Origin: Myxococcales bacterium
GTDB taxonomy: Bacteria; Myxococcota_A; UBA9042; JABWCM01; BTVJ01
Length of the DNA: 64,000 nucleotides
Assembly (NCBI GenBank): GCA_045863395.1
Contig: BTVJ01000004.1
Span: 152,132-216,131, forward strand
Direction: 5' to 3'
Part shown: positions 29,249-38,936 of the stretch, piece by piece
Position numbering within the stretch: position 1 is the stretch's first letter
How the letters are laid out: each line of letters opens with the position of its first letter
The notes under the pieces: generated by a model
Told to the model about the DNA's origin: nothing
The model's database searches: none
The model's input: the letters and a program-made list of their open reading frames with translations, nothing else
Program-made: the position numbers and the translations under genes

Positions 29249-30001
29249 TCACCGTGGCGTGGCCACGACGAGCCGCAGCCCGGCGTCGTACTCGTCCAGC
29301 GAACGAAGCGCGCCATTGCGGCGGTCCCAGGTGCCGTCGGCCAGGTCCCGGGAGACCTCCCGGACGACCCGCTCGACGACCTCAGGGGGCATCCTGGCGA
29401 ACCCGGAGGTGGCGGCCCGCGCCTCGGGGTCCAGCACCCGCTCCGGGTGGGCCCAGAAGGAGCCGAGCATCCAGTCGGGCGTGTCACGGGGGATGGGCAG
29501 CACGTCGACGGACACCGCTCCCCCCAACCACTCACCCAGGGTCTCGGGGGGCGGGAAGATGGCCAGGTCCAGCTCCGCGACCTCGGGCAGGTAGTCCCGC
29601 TTGAGCCACATGGTGGCGCTGACCCGCGCGTCATACGTCACGATGACCACGGGACCACGCGCCACGCGCCGCAGCTCGCGCACCCCACGCTCGCGCTCTC
29701 CGTCCCAGTGGTGCAGGCTCAGGATGGTCATCGCGGCGTCCACGCTCGCGTCCCGCAGCGGCAGGCTCCCCGCCGACGCGCGGATGGCCGGCGAGCGCCA
29801 CGAGGGCCGCTGCGCCGCCATCACGTCGCTGGGCTCGACCGCGATCACGTACCGGTCGGTCGGCTCGTAGGACCCCGCCCCGGCCCCGACGTTGACGACC
29901 GTGCGCGCGTCCCCGAGCGCCCGCAGGATGCGGTCCCGAAAGCGCGGGTCCTCCCGCCGGGTCCGCGCATAGCCCCCGCCGATCTGATCGTAGCGCTCCA
30001 T
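29249..30001 (-). CDS. Class I SAM-dependent methyltransferase
   Basis: YARTRREDPR; VVNVGAGAGSY; AVEPS; LSLHHW. Confidence 0.9.
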   Translation of the reverse strand: MERYDQIGGGYARTRREDPRFRDRILRALGDARTVVNVGAGAGSYEPTDRYVIAVEPSDVMAAQRPSWRSPAIRASAGSLPLRDASVDAAMTILSLHHWDGERERGVRELRRVARGPVVIVTYDARVSATMWLKRDYLPEVAELDLAIFPPPETLGEWLGGAVSVDVLPIPRDTPDWMLGSFWAHPERVLDPEARAATSGFARMPPEVVERVVREVSRDLADGTWDRRNGALRSLDEYDAGLRLVVATPR

Positions 30002-30301
30002 CCGCCCTCCAGGGCAGCCATCCTACCGCCGGGCGGGGACCGCGCGCCAGCACCATGCGGGCGCCGGAGTCGCGCCGATGTGTGCAGGTCCTTGCCGATC
30101 GGCGCGGGTGGTCGGCTCGTGGCCCTTTGGGCGCGCGCGGATGGAGTACTCTGTCCGATGGCCGCCTCGGCGTGTGGCCGCCGCCGGCAGCCAGAGGCCC
30201 CCAGGGAGACGTGGCCCGGCGCTCCCGGCGCTCTGACCGTCGGGCGCGCGGGTCGGGGCCGTCGCACGGAGCTGCCGCCACCCTTGCGCCAGGAGCAACC
30301 G

Positions 30302-30910
30302 ATGCCCCGAGACCCACGCCTCACCGACGCCCAGGCCCGCATCGACGCCGCCAACGCCGAGGACCCGACCCTCACCGACACACCCGGCGGGCCCGTCCCC
30401 TCCGAGCTGCTGTACGCGCGGCGCATGACCGAGTGGCTCCTGCGGCTCGTCCCCGAGCCCTCGGATGAGCTGCTCCTGGCCGTTCGGGCCCAGCACCTGC
30501 GGCGCTGGGAGGTGCCCCGGTCCGGCTACCCCGACGGGCGGGAGGGCTACCGGCGGTGGCGCACGGACCAGGGGAAGCGCCACGCCGCGCTGGCGACCGA
30601 GCTGCTCGTCGCGGCGGGCTACGACGACGCCTTCACTGCGCGCGTCTCGGCGCTCATCCGCAAGAAGGCGTTCAAGACGGACCCGGAGGCCCAGGCGCTG
30701 GAGGACGCCGCCTGCCTGGTGTTCCTCGAGTTCGTCCTGCCCACGTTCCGCCTGGGGCGCGACGACGCCTCCCTGCTCCCCATCCTGCGCAAGACGTGGG
30801 CGAAGATGTCCCCCGGCGCCCACGCCTTTGCCCTCAGCCTCCCGCTGTCACCTGCCGATAGGGACCTCGTCGCGCGTGCCCTGAAGCCACCGGAGCCCGA
30901 CGAGGACTGA
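30302..30910 (+). CDS. DUF4202-family protein
   Basis: IDAANAEDP; ELLYARRM; RAQHLRRWEVPR; QALEDAACLVFL; KTWAKMS; AGGAG RBS. Confidence 0.88.
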   Translation: MPRDPRLTDAQARIDAANAEDPTLTDTPGGPVPSELLYARRMTEWLLRLVPEPSDELLLAVRAQHLRRWEVPRSGYPDGREGYRRWRTDQGKRHAALATELLVAAGYDDAFTARVSALIRKKAFKTDPEAQALEDAACLVFLEFVLPTFRLGRDDASLLPILRKTWAKMSPGAHAFALSLPLSPADRDLVARALKPPEPDED

Positions 30911-30916
30911 CCGCCC

Positions 30917-32455
30917 ATGCCGCTCTCGCCCCGCACACGAGGCCGCCTCCTCTGGTCGGTGATCGTGCTCGGGGCCGTCTACAGGGCCTGGGGCTTCTGG
31001 GAGCCGAGCCTGTGGGTGGACGAGTTCGTCACCGAGTGGATCCTGCGGGGCGCGACCCTCGGCGAGGTCACCGAGCGCGCCCGCTACGCCTACATGCCTC
31101 CCCTCTACTTCTGGATCTGCAAGCCCTTCGTGGAGGTCCTGGGCATCTCCGCCCTCTCCGTCCGCCTCCCGGCGGTGATCTTCGGTACGCTGGGGCTCGT
31201 GACGCTGCACCGCCTGGTGCGCCTGACCTGCGGCGCGCGCATCGCCTTCGCCGCCGTCGCCATCGCCGCCGCCCACCCGGAGGCGCTCTGGTACTCGCAG
31301 GAGGCGCGGGTCTACTCCTTCGGCATGATGGTGGCCCCGTTGGCCATCGAGGCCGCCTGGACCGCGTCGTTGACCGGGCGCCGAGGCCCGCTCGTTCGCT
31401 ACGTGCTCTCCTCGGCTGCGCTGCTCTGGGCTCACCACCTGTTCGCGCCGATCATCGCCGCCCTCGCCGCCTGGCTGCTGTGGCGCTCCCGCACGGGGGG
31501 GCTGGTGGCACCCCGGCGGTGGCTCGCTGCCCACGCCGCCATCGCCGCCCTGTGCGCCCTTCCCGCCTGGTGGGCCCTGTCCACCGTCGCTGCCGGGCGG
31601 ATCCCCGAGGCGACGCGCGGCCCCGCCACGCTCGAGAGCCTCGCCGCCGGCTGGCGCCTGCCCGAGCTGGCGGTGCTCCTGCTCCTGGGCGCGCTGGCCG
31701 GCGTCGTCGCGACGCGGCTCCCTCCCGGCCGGAGCCTCGAACCGCCATCGCCCCCCGTCGCCGCCGCGGGCCTGTTCGCGCTGCTCCTGTTGGCCGTGCC
31801 CGCGGCCCAGACGGCGCTCGGCGTCGCCCTCGACCGCCCCTTCTACATGGTCCGGTACCGCATGCCGGTGGCCATGCTCATCGCGCCCCTGCTGGCGTGG
31901 CTGGTCCTCGCCGTCCTGCCGCTCCGCCGCCCGGCGGTTGCCATGGGGACCATCGCCGTCCTGCTGCACCTGGTCTTCCCGGTGCGCATGCTCCTCACGA
32001 GCGGCCAGGCCTCCTACCACCAGGCGGACACGCGGTGGGACGACGTCCTCGCGCGCGTCGAGTCAGAGTGGCGCCCCGGCACCGTCGTGCTCTTCCAGAA
32101 CCCCCTCCAGGAGTGGGTGCTCGTGGACGAGCGGGTGGACCCCGCGCTGGAGGGCCTGCTCCTGTCGCCGCTTCACAGCCACTACGTGCGCGCGCCCATG
32201 GACAGGAGCTTCGCGCTGCCGCCGCGGGGGGAGCGCCTCAGCCGCGTCGTCGATGCGCGCCTCGCGGCGACGGACCCGGATCGCGTCATCGTGGTCGCAT
32301 GGACACCCGACGCGCAGCCCCCACCCGTCCCGTCCCACCCCGGCTGGACGCGGCGCTCCGAGCAGATCTGGAACGCGACGGTCACCGTCGCCGAGCGCCA
32401 GGAGCTCGCGACCGCTCCCCAAAGCAAGCACCACCAGGGCCTCGCGGTCCGCTGA
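30917..32455 (+). CDS. GT-C fold membrane glycosyltransferase (GT39/PMT_2-like)
   Basis: SLWVDE, PPLYF, VRLP and YSQEARVYS; many TM helices. Confidence 0.85.
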   Translation: MPLSPRTRGRLLWSVIVLGAVYRAWGFWEPSLWVDEFVTEWILRGATLGEVTERARYAYMPPLYFWICKPFVEVLGISALSVRLPAVIFGTLGLVTLHRLVRLTCGARIAFAAVAIAAAHPEALWYSQEARVYSFGMMVAPLAIEAAWTASLTGRRGPLVRYVLSSAALLWAHHLFAPIIAALAAWLLWRSRTGGLVAPRRWLAAHAAIAALCALPAWWALSTVAAGRIPEATRGPATLESLAAGWRLPELAVLLLLGALAGVVATRLPPGRSLEPPSPPVAAAGLFALLLLAVPAAQTALGVALDRPFYMVRYRMPVAMLIAPLLAWLVLAVLPLRRPAVAMGTIAVLLHLVFPVRMLLTSGQASYHQADTRWDDVLARVESEWRPGTVVLFQNPLQEWVLVDERVDPALEGLLLSPLHSHYVRAPMDRSFALPPRGERLSRVVDARLAATDPDRVIVVAWTPDAQPPPVPSHPGWTRRSEQIWNATVTVAERQELATAPQSKHHQGLAVR

Positions 32456-32560
32456 TCTCCCCTCGACGCCTCGACACATCGGGCGCACAATCGTCGACGA
32501 CCGGACCCGCGGTCGTGAACGGACCGCCGGGGGCGACCCAGACGAGGAGGAGGTGCCAGG

Positions 32561-34090
32561 ATGAAGCTCAGCGTGTGGACCGCCGCGCTGGCGGTCGCCA
32601 TCGCCGCGACGATGGCGTGCTCGGACCTACCGGAGACCATGGGCAACGACCTGTCGAGCGTCACCGAGGGAGAGCTGGTCTCGACCCTCTGCGGGGGCCC
32701 GAAGGGTCTCCTCTGCGCCAAGGACGAGTACTGCAAGAAGCGGGTCGACACCTGCGGTGACGCCGCCGCCTACGGCACGTGTACGGCGCGGCCCACCATC
32801 TGCCCGCTCTACTACAAGCCCGTGTGCGGCTGCGACGGCAAGACCTACGGCAACGACTGCGAGCTGGCCGCCTCGGGCGTCAACAAGAAGGCGGACGGGC
32901 CCTGCCCGTCGGCGTGCTCCCTCGGCGCGAACGACTGCCCGCAGGGGAGCGTCTGCGACCCCGTGCCCGGCTGCGGCGACAGCATCGCCGGCACCTGTGT
33001 GCCCAAGCCCACGGCGTGCCCCCGCACCTGGGCCCCGGTGTGCGGCTGTGACGGCAAGACCTACCCCAACGACTGCACGCGCCTGCTCGTGGGCGCCGAC
33101 AAGGCCCACGACGGCGCCTGCCCTGCGACCTGCGGCGGCATCACCGGCAAGGTCTGCCCGGCCGGCCGCTACTGCGACTTCCCGGCAGGCACCTGCGGTA
33201 CGGGCGATCAAGAGGGGGTCTGCAAGGCGCCGCCCCACGTCTGCCCCGACGTCTGGGCCCCCGTGTGCGGCTGCGACGGCAAGACCTACGGCAACGACTG
33301 CGAGCGGGCGGCGGCGGGCGCGTCCAAGCTCCACGACGGCGCCTGCAAGCCGGTCTCCGAGTGCCAGACCAACGAGGACTGCAAGAAGGGCGACTACTGC
33401 TCGCTGGAGACCTTCTGCATCTGCCCGCCGGACACGGACCCGGCCTGTCTGGCGCCGTGCCTGCTCGTCGGGACCTGCCGCCCCATGTGCGAGATCCTGG
33501 ACCCGCTCCCCTACGAGCTGTGCGGCGACGGCATCGACAACGACTGCAACGGCCTCGTGGACGACGGCTGCAAGTGCGCCACCGACGCGGACTGCCCGCC
33601 CAAGACCTGGTGCCAGTGGCTGGGCCTCGAGTCTCCCGCCTGCATGCCAATCCCCGACGGCGCTTGCAACGACGACGGCGACTGCAAGGACGGCCAGGTG
33701 TGCGATCCTCCGCAGGTCTGCCCCATGTGCATCGGGTGCCCGTGCTTCGGCCAGTGCGTGGACCCGGTGCCCCCGTCCGGGTGCTGCAAGACGGACGCAG
33801 ACTGCCCCAGTGGGAAGTGCGTCGGGACGGTGTGCAAGGACGAGCCGCCGGCCGGCTCCTGCTGGAGCGACTCAGACTGCGTGATGGGCGCGACCTGCAA
33901 GGACGAGTTCGTGTGTCCCTGTGGGGCCCTGTGCGGCCCTCTGCCCGACAAGCTCGGCACCTGCGCCTATGACTACCCGCCGTGCGGCGGCAGCGGCACC
34001 TGCCCCGCCGGCAGCGTCTGCCAGTGCCTCCCCGACCCCACCTGCCCCGCCTGCACCGTCTGCTGGTTCGGCTGCGTGCCGAAGAGCTGA
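32561..34090 (+). CDS. Cys-rich lipoprotein with three Kazal-type protease inhibitor domains
   Basis: Lipobox TMAC; three CPxxxxPVCGCDGKTYxNDC...DGxC units; one MopE-like motif. Confidence 0.9.
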   Translation: MKLSVWTAALAVAIAATMACSDLPETMGNDLSSVTEGELVSTLCGGPKGLLCAKDEYCKKRVDTCGDAAAYGTCTARPTICPLYYKPVCGCDGKTYGNDCELAASGVNKKADGPCPSACSLGANDCPQGSVCDPVPGCGDSIAGTCVPKPTACPRTWAPVCGCDGKTYPNDCTRLLVGADKAHDGACPATCGGITGKVCPAGRYCDFPAGTCGTGDQEGVCKAPPHVCPDVWAPVCGCDGKTYGNDCERAAAGASKLHDGACKPVSECQTNEDCKKGDYCSLETFCICPPDTDPACLAPCLLVGTCRPMCEILDPLPYELCGDGIDNDCNGLVDDGCKCATDADCPPKTWCQWLGLESPACMPIPDGACNDDGDCKDGQVCDPPQVCPMCIGCPCFGQCVDPVPPSGCCKTDADCPSGKCVGTVCKDEPPAGSCWSDSDCVMGATCKDEFVCPCGALCGPLPDKLGTCAYDYPPCGGSGTCPAGSVCQCLPDPTCPACTVCWFGCVPKS

Positions 34091-34135
34091 CCCCCGCACG
34101 AAGGCCTCGCCACGAGAGTCCTCCGCAGTCTGGAA

Positions 34136-34975
34136 TCACCGCACCACGAGCACCGGGCAGGGCACTCCCTCGATGAGGCCGACCAGGTGATCCGGCTCCA
34201 GCAGCGGGCTGGACGCCGACATGGCGAGCATCCCGCCGCCCTCCTCGTGGACCACGCGGCAGATGACCCGCTCCGACGTGCCGCCGGCGATGCGCATCCG
34301 AAGGCGCGCGCCGACCGGGGCGACGGCGCGCGCCACGGCCTCGCGGATGCGGCTCGCGTCCTCGACCCCCTCGGCGAGCACCACCAGCACGACGCGGCGA
34401 AGATCGCCCTGCTCGATGGCGTAGGCGAGGGACGCGGCGCGGATGGAACCCTCCGATCCGTCGCACGCCACCACGGTCGGACCACCGGTGCGCGCCCCCT
34501 GGCGCAGGAGCAGGACGGATCGGGGTCCCCCGGCGATGGCCGCCCGCGCGGTGGAGCCGACCGCTGCCCGAGACCCCAGGTCCCGGCTCGACAGGCCGAC
34601 CGTCAGCAGGTCGCAGCTCTGTGCCGCGTCGAGGAGCTCGTGGGTCACCCGCCCGCGGACGACCCGGAAGGACCAGGTCACATGAGCCGCCTGCGCAGCC
34701 AGCGCCAGGGCGGCCCGCGCGATGCCGCCGACGGCGCGGAGCTGCCGGTCCATGACGGGCCGGTCGATGGGACGTGCGAGGGCCGTCGCCCGTGTGACCT
34801 CGCTGGCGAAGGGCAGCCCGGCCAGGCGCACCAGGTTGATGTCCTCGACGAAGACCCCCTCCAGGTGGGCGTGGAGCCGCGCCGCCAGCCGCACCGCCTC
34901 GTCGATGGCCGCGATGCTGTGGGTGGAGGCGTCGACCCCGACCAGGATGCGCCGGATGGGAAGGCCGTCGCTCAT
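34136..34975 (-). CDS. Universal stress protein (tandem USP)
   Basis: RRILVGVDAS; VGSTA; VVACDGS; CPVLVVR; ATGA overlap with the protease gene. Confidence 0.88.
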   Translation of the reverse strand: MSDGLPIRRILVGVDASTHSIAAIDEAVRLAARLHAHLEGVFVEDINLVRLAGLPFASEVTRATALARPIDRPVMDRQLRAVGGIARAALALAAQAAHVTWSFRVVRGRVTHELLDAAQSCDLLTVGLSSRDLGSRAAVGSTARAAIAGGPRSVLLLRQGARTGGPTVVACDGSEGSIRAASLAYAIEQGDLRRVVLVVLAEGVEDASRIREAVARAVAPVGARLRMRIAGGTSERVICRVVHEEGGGMLAMSASSPLLEPDHLVGLIEGVPCPVLVVR

Positions 34976-37401
34976 CGTGGCCCCTCCTTGTCGGGCGCCG
35001 ACGCCCTCCGGCGGGACTCGGCGAAGGACAGGAGCCGCGCCTCGACGCGCGCGTTGATCGTGCCCTCCGGGAATCGCCCGTCCTCGCCCCGCTCCCCGGC
35101 GGGCACCCCGGTCAGCAGCTCGATGCCCTGCGCGATGGTCGCGACCGGCCACACCCGGAACCTCCCCGCCCGCACCGCCTCCACCACGTCGTCCCGCAGC
35201 ATCAGGTGGCGCACGTTGGACGCGGGGATGAGCACCCCCTGCTCCCCGGTGAGCCCCCGCGACGCGCACAGGTCGAAGAAGCCCTCGATCTTCTCGTTCG
35301 CCCCCCCGATGGCCTGCACCTCCCCGTGCTGGTTCACCGAGCCCGTCACGGCCAGCGCCTGGCTGATCGGCGCCCCGGCCAGCGCCGACAGGAGCGCGTA
35401 CAGCTCGGCGGACGACGCGCTGTCACCGTCCACGCCGCCGTAGGACTGCTCGAAGACCAGGCTCGCCCAGAGCGACAGGGGCTGCTCGGGGAGGAACATC
35501 CCCGCCAGATACCCGCCGAGGATCAGGACGCCCTTGGAGTGGAGCGGCCCCCCCAGCTCCACCTTGCGCTCGATGTCGACGACTTCGCCCGTCCCGAGGC
35601 GCACCCGCGCCGTGATGCGCGACGGCCGCCCGAAGGCGTGCCCCCCGATCTGGATCACGCTGAGCCCGTTGATCTGCCCGACCATCGCCCCCTGGGTCTG
35701 GAGCAGCACCACCCCGTCCTCGATGCTCTTGTGCATGCGCTCGCGGATGCGCCCCACCCGGTGCTCCTGCGCCGTGATGGCCGCGACCACGTGCTCCCCG
35801 AGCACCATGTCCGCCCCCGCCTGGCCCGCCACGTAGTCCGCCTCGCGGAGCAGGTCCCCCATGCCCCGCACGAGGGTGGACATCCGGTCGGCGTCGCCCG
35901 CGTCCCGCGCACCCCGATCCACGATGCGCGCGACGGCGGTCTTGTGCAGAGGCCGCAGCTTCGCGCGCCTGGCCATGCTGGCGAGGAGCCTCGCGTAGAG
36001 CTGCACCCCCTCCTCGGTCCGCTCCATGTCCTCATCGAAGTCCACGACCACCTTGAACAGGTCGTCGAAGTCAGGGTCCAGCTCCGAGAGCAGGTAGTAG
36101 AGCATGCGGTCCCCGATGAGGACCACCTTGACCTCCAGCGGGATGGGCTCGGGCTCAAGGGACACGGTGGACGCCAGGGACAGGGCCTGCTCCAGGGACT
36201 CGATGCGCACCTCCCGGGAGCGAAGCGCCCGCTTGAGGCCCTCCCAGGCATAGGGGTTCTGCAGGAGGCGCCGCGCGTCGAGGATCAGATACCCCCCGTT
36301 GGCCCGGTGCAGCGCCCCCGGCTTGATCAGCAGGAAGTCCGTGACCAGCGCCCCGAACTGGGCGCGGTGCTCCACGCGCCCGACCAGGTTGGCGTAGGTG
36401 GGGTGGTCCTCGTACACCACGGGGGCGCCCGCCGCGTCGTCGTGGTCCACCAGCACGTTGGCCTGGTAGCGGCGCGCCTTGGGGTCCCCCATGAGCATCG
36501 CCCCCATGGGCAGCTTCTCGGCCTTGCCCTCGTCGCCGCCGAGAAACTGGTCCGCGTTGTCCACGACGTCCTTGCGCACGGTCTCCAGATGGGCGACCAC
36601 GTCCGGCAGGTCCCCCCACGTGCCGATGAGCTCGTCGATGAGGTGGCGCACCGCGGCCTCCGTCACGACCCGCGACAGCTCCTTCATGCGCTCCCGCGCC
36701 GCCCGCTTCCACTGGGGCACGAGGTCCAGCGTCTTGCGCAGCTCCTCCTGGAGCGCCTCCACCTCCTCGCCGACCTTCTGCTGCTCCTCCTTCGGGAGCT
36801 TGTGGAAGTCGTCGGGCGGCAGCACCTCGCCGTCACGCAGCGGCGCGAACGCCAGCCCGGCGGGCGTGCGGATCAGCGCGATGCCTCGCTCCTGGGCCTT
36901 CGCCTGGAGCCCGGACAGGGTCTCCTCCTGGAGCTCCCGGAACTCCTCCTCGATCTCCTGCCGGCGCGCCCGGAACTCGTCGCTCTCGAAGGCGGCGGGG
37001 ATGGAGGTCCCCAGGTCCTCGACGAGCCGGATCAGGTCCTGGCGGAGCTGGACGGCCCGCCCGGACGGGAGACGCAGCGCCCGCGGCTTGTGGGACTGCT
37101 CGAAGTCGTTGACGTAGCACCAAGCCGACGCCCGGGGCAGGTCCTTGGCCGCCGCGCGCACGAAGTCCTCGACCACCGAGTGCTTGCCCACCCCTGGCGG
37201 CCCGAGCGCGAACAGGTTGTAGCCGTCGTGGCGGATGTTCATGCCGAAGCGGATGGCGGACACGGCCCGGCTCTGCCCGATGACCTCGGTCAGCTCGGGC
37301 AGGTCATCGGTGCTCTCGAAGCTCAGGGAGTCGGGGTCGCACCGGCGAGCCAGGGCGTCGGGGGCGAGCGGGGCGAGCGGGGCGGCCAGATCAGTGGTCA
37401 T
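34972..37401 (-). CDS. Lon-like (LonC/AAA_32-type, peptidase S16) protease
   Basis: Walker A GPPGVGKH; IKPGALHRANGGYLILD; catalytic DGDSAS and GGANEKIEGFF. Confidence 0.93.
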   Translation of the reverse strand: MTTDLAAPLAPLAPDALARRCDPDSLSFESTDDLPELTEVIGQSRAVSAIRFGMNIRHDGYNLFALGPPGVGKHSVVEDFVRAAAKDLPRASAWCYVNDFEQSHKPRALRLPSGRAVQLRQDLIRLVEDLGTSIPAAFESDEFRARRQEIEEEFRELQEETLSGLQAKAQERGIALIRTPAGLAFAPLRDGEVLPPDDFHKLPKEEQQKVGEEVEALQEELRKTLDLVPQWKRAARERMKELSRVVTEAAVRHLIDELIGTWGDLPDVVAHLETVRKDVVDNADQFLGGDEGKAEKLPMGAMLMGDPKARRYQANVLVDHDDAAGAPVVYEDHPTYANLVGRVEHRAQFGALVTDFLLIKPGALHRANGGYLILDARRLLQNPYAWEGLKRALRSREVRIESLEQALSLASTVSLEPEPIPLEVKVVLIGDRMLYYLLSELDPDFDDLFKVVVDFDEDMERTEEGVQLYARLLASMARRAKLRPLHKTAVARIVDRGARDAGDADRMSTLVRGMGDLLREADYVAGQAGADMVLGEHVVAAITAQEHRVGRIRERMHKSIEDGVVLLQTQGAMVGQINGLSVIQIGGHAFGRPSRITARVRLGTGEVVDIERKVELGGPLHSKGVLILGGYLAGMFLPEQPLSLWASLVFEQSYGGVDGDSASSAELYALLSALAGAPISQALAVTGSVNQHGEVQAIGGANEKIEGFFDLCASRGLTGEQGVLIPASNVRHLMLRDDVVEAVRAGRFRVWPVATIAQGIELLTGVPAGERGEDGRFPEGTINARVEARLLSFAESRRRASAPDKEGPR

Positions 37402-37462
37402 TGCACCCTCCTTGCAGCGCCCACTCTACGCCACGGCGCGAGTTCCGCAAGCTGAACGCAGG

Positions 37463-37491
37463 AAAGCCGACCCCCCCGTGAGGGGGCCGGC
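37463..37491 (-). terminator. Intrinsic terminator-like hairpin downstream of the secreted pair
   Basis: Minus strand GCCGGCCCCCT-CACG-GGGGGGTCGGC followed by TTT. Confidence 0.65.
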
Positions 37492-37519
37492 CCGCGTGCG
37501 CTCTTCCCTGGGGATCGGG

Positions 37520-37978
37520 CTAGAACTGACCCTGAAGGAGCGCCTCGCCGATGCGGCCGCTGAGGTTGGTGGACGGCACCTGGGCGGAGTGCACCGCGCC
37601 AGAGACGTTCTGGTTGAAGCCCTTGTACGTCACCGGCGAGGTCGTGGAGCGCCCATCGACCCGGAAGACGAACTCGTACGTGCCGGTGGGGCTCAGGTTC
37701 GCCGTGTCCAACGCGCTCGTGTTGTAGCTGAAGGTCACCGTCCCGCTGCTGGGGTCCGTCGACTTGTTGACACCCGAGGACGGGGCCTGCCACATGGTGC
37801 GGCCGTTGCTCTTGTCGATGATCAGGAACGTCCCGTTCACCTGATCTGCGTCACCCTGCACGATGCCGACCAGAGCGCTCGTGATGAGGCCTGCCTTCGC
37901 CTCACGGACGTCCTGGTTCGCCGTCACAGCCACCAGCGCGAGGAGCGCAGCGGCAGACCAGCGCACGTACCTCTTCAT
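37520..37978 (-). CDS. Small secreted hypothetical protein (paralog B)
   Basis: AAAGGAG RBS; signal MKRYVRWSAAALLALVAV...AKA; S/T/N/G-rich beta-like sequence. Confidence 0.8.
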   Translation of the reverse strand: MKRYVRWSAAALLALVAVTANQDVREAKAGLITSALVGIVQGDADQVNGTFLIIDKSNGRTMWQAPSSGVNKSTDPSSGTVTFSYNTSALDTANLSPTGTYEFVFRVDGRSTTSPVTYKGFNQNVSGAVHSAQVPSTNLSGRIGEALLQGQF

Positions 37979-38062
37979 GATCCGTACTCCTTTTCCCTCA
38001 TGGGAGCTGTTCGTCGAAGTTCGTCTGGCCCGACCTGGGCCCGTATCGGACTGCACGCTGGT

Positions 38063-38581
38063 CTACTTGAGGAGCTGCTTCAGCTTGCCCTTGGCCTTGG
38101 AGGTCTTCGTGATGGCCACGAGCTCGACGCGCCCGGAGATGTCGCCGCCCGGAAAGATGGCCACCGTCTTGTCGCCCAGGATCTGTGCCCAGCTCTCGGA
38201 CACGATCTGCTCGAGCCACTCCACGTACACGGGGGTGCCCACGTGGCGGGCGTCGACGCGCATCGCCCACTCGAAGACCTTGCCCTCCAGGTCCGGGTCG
38301 CTCGGGATGAAGGCCGAGACCTCGTAGCCGCCCTTGATGGCCTTGGCGCCCATGAGGTCCGGGTCCACGTCCCACACCACCTCGCCGCTCGCGACGTCCA
38401 TGAGGACGAAGGTGACCCGGAGATCCGACAGGCTGGCCTTGGTGTACACCTCACCGGCCAGCAGACAGGCGTTGCCCAGGTCGTCCTTGGGCTTCGCCGA
38501 CGCGAGGGAGGGAGCCCCCACCGCCAGCAACAGGGCCGCTACTACGGCCGCCTTCACGATCCCCCGGGTCCTGCCTCTCAT
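38063..38581 (-). CDS. Small secreted hypothetical protein (paralog A)
   Basis: AAAGGAGAGG RBS; signal ...AVGAPSLASA; shares motifs with the downstream gene. Confidence 0.8.
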   Translation of the reverse strand: MRGRTRGIVKAAVVAALLLAVGAPSLASAKPKDDLGNACLLAGEVYTKASLSDLRVTFVLMDVASGEVVWDVDPDLMGAKAIKGGYEVSAFIPSDPDLEGKVFEWAMRVDARHVGTPVYVEWLEQIVSESWAQILGDKTVAIFPGGDISGRVELVAITKTSKAKGKLKQLLK

Positions 38582-38640
38582 GTGCCTCTCCTTTGGTTGA
38601 AGTCTCGTTCCAGCCCGTTCCGCTGCGGGAGGAGACAACA

Positions 38641-38655
38641 GCAACGATCATGCCA
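38641..38655 (-). promoter_or_regulatory. Sigma54 promoter
   Basis: Minus strand TGGCATGATCGTTGC, near-consensus, 60 nt upstream of the ATG at 38581. Confidence 0.8.
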
Positions 38656-38684
38656 GCAACGGTTCAGCCACGGGGACAACGTAT

Positions 38685-38697
38685 TTTCAAGTAGTTG
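38685..38697. promoter_or_regulatory. IHF-like site
   Basis: TTTCAAGTAGTTG, one mismatch to WATCAANNNNTTR, in an AT-rich patch between the promoter and upstream repeats. Confidence 0.5.
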
Positions 38698-38794
38698 CGG
38701 CTCATGGAACATGGGAGGTCGCCTTGCGGGCCCGGGTTCCGCTCAACCCCCACGGGGGGACCGGGAGCTCCAACCGTTGAGAAAGTCAAAGCCT

Positions 38795-38811
38795 TTACAG
38801 CCACTTACAGC
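38795..38811. promoter_or_regulatory. Direct repeat, candidate activator binding site
   Basis: TTACAGC twice with 10-bp periodicity (38795, 38805) in locally AT-rich DNA. Confidence 0.4.
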
Positions 38812-38936
38812 ACACGAGCGCGTTCGGGCCCGAGCGGGTGGCGGTCACCCCGGGTGGGTGGACGATGACCCACGGGGAGCCGTGGGCGCACCAGGAGCGT
38901 GACGACGTCACCGATGCCCGCTAAGATGCAGCCCCG

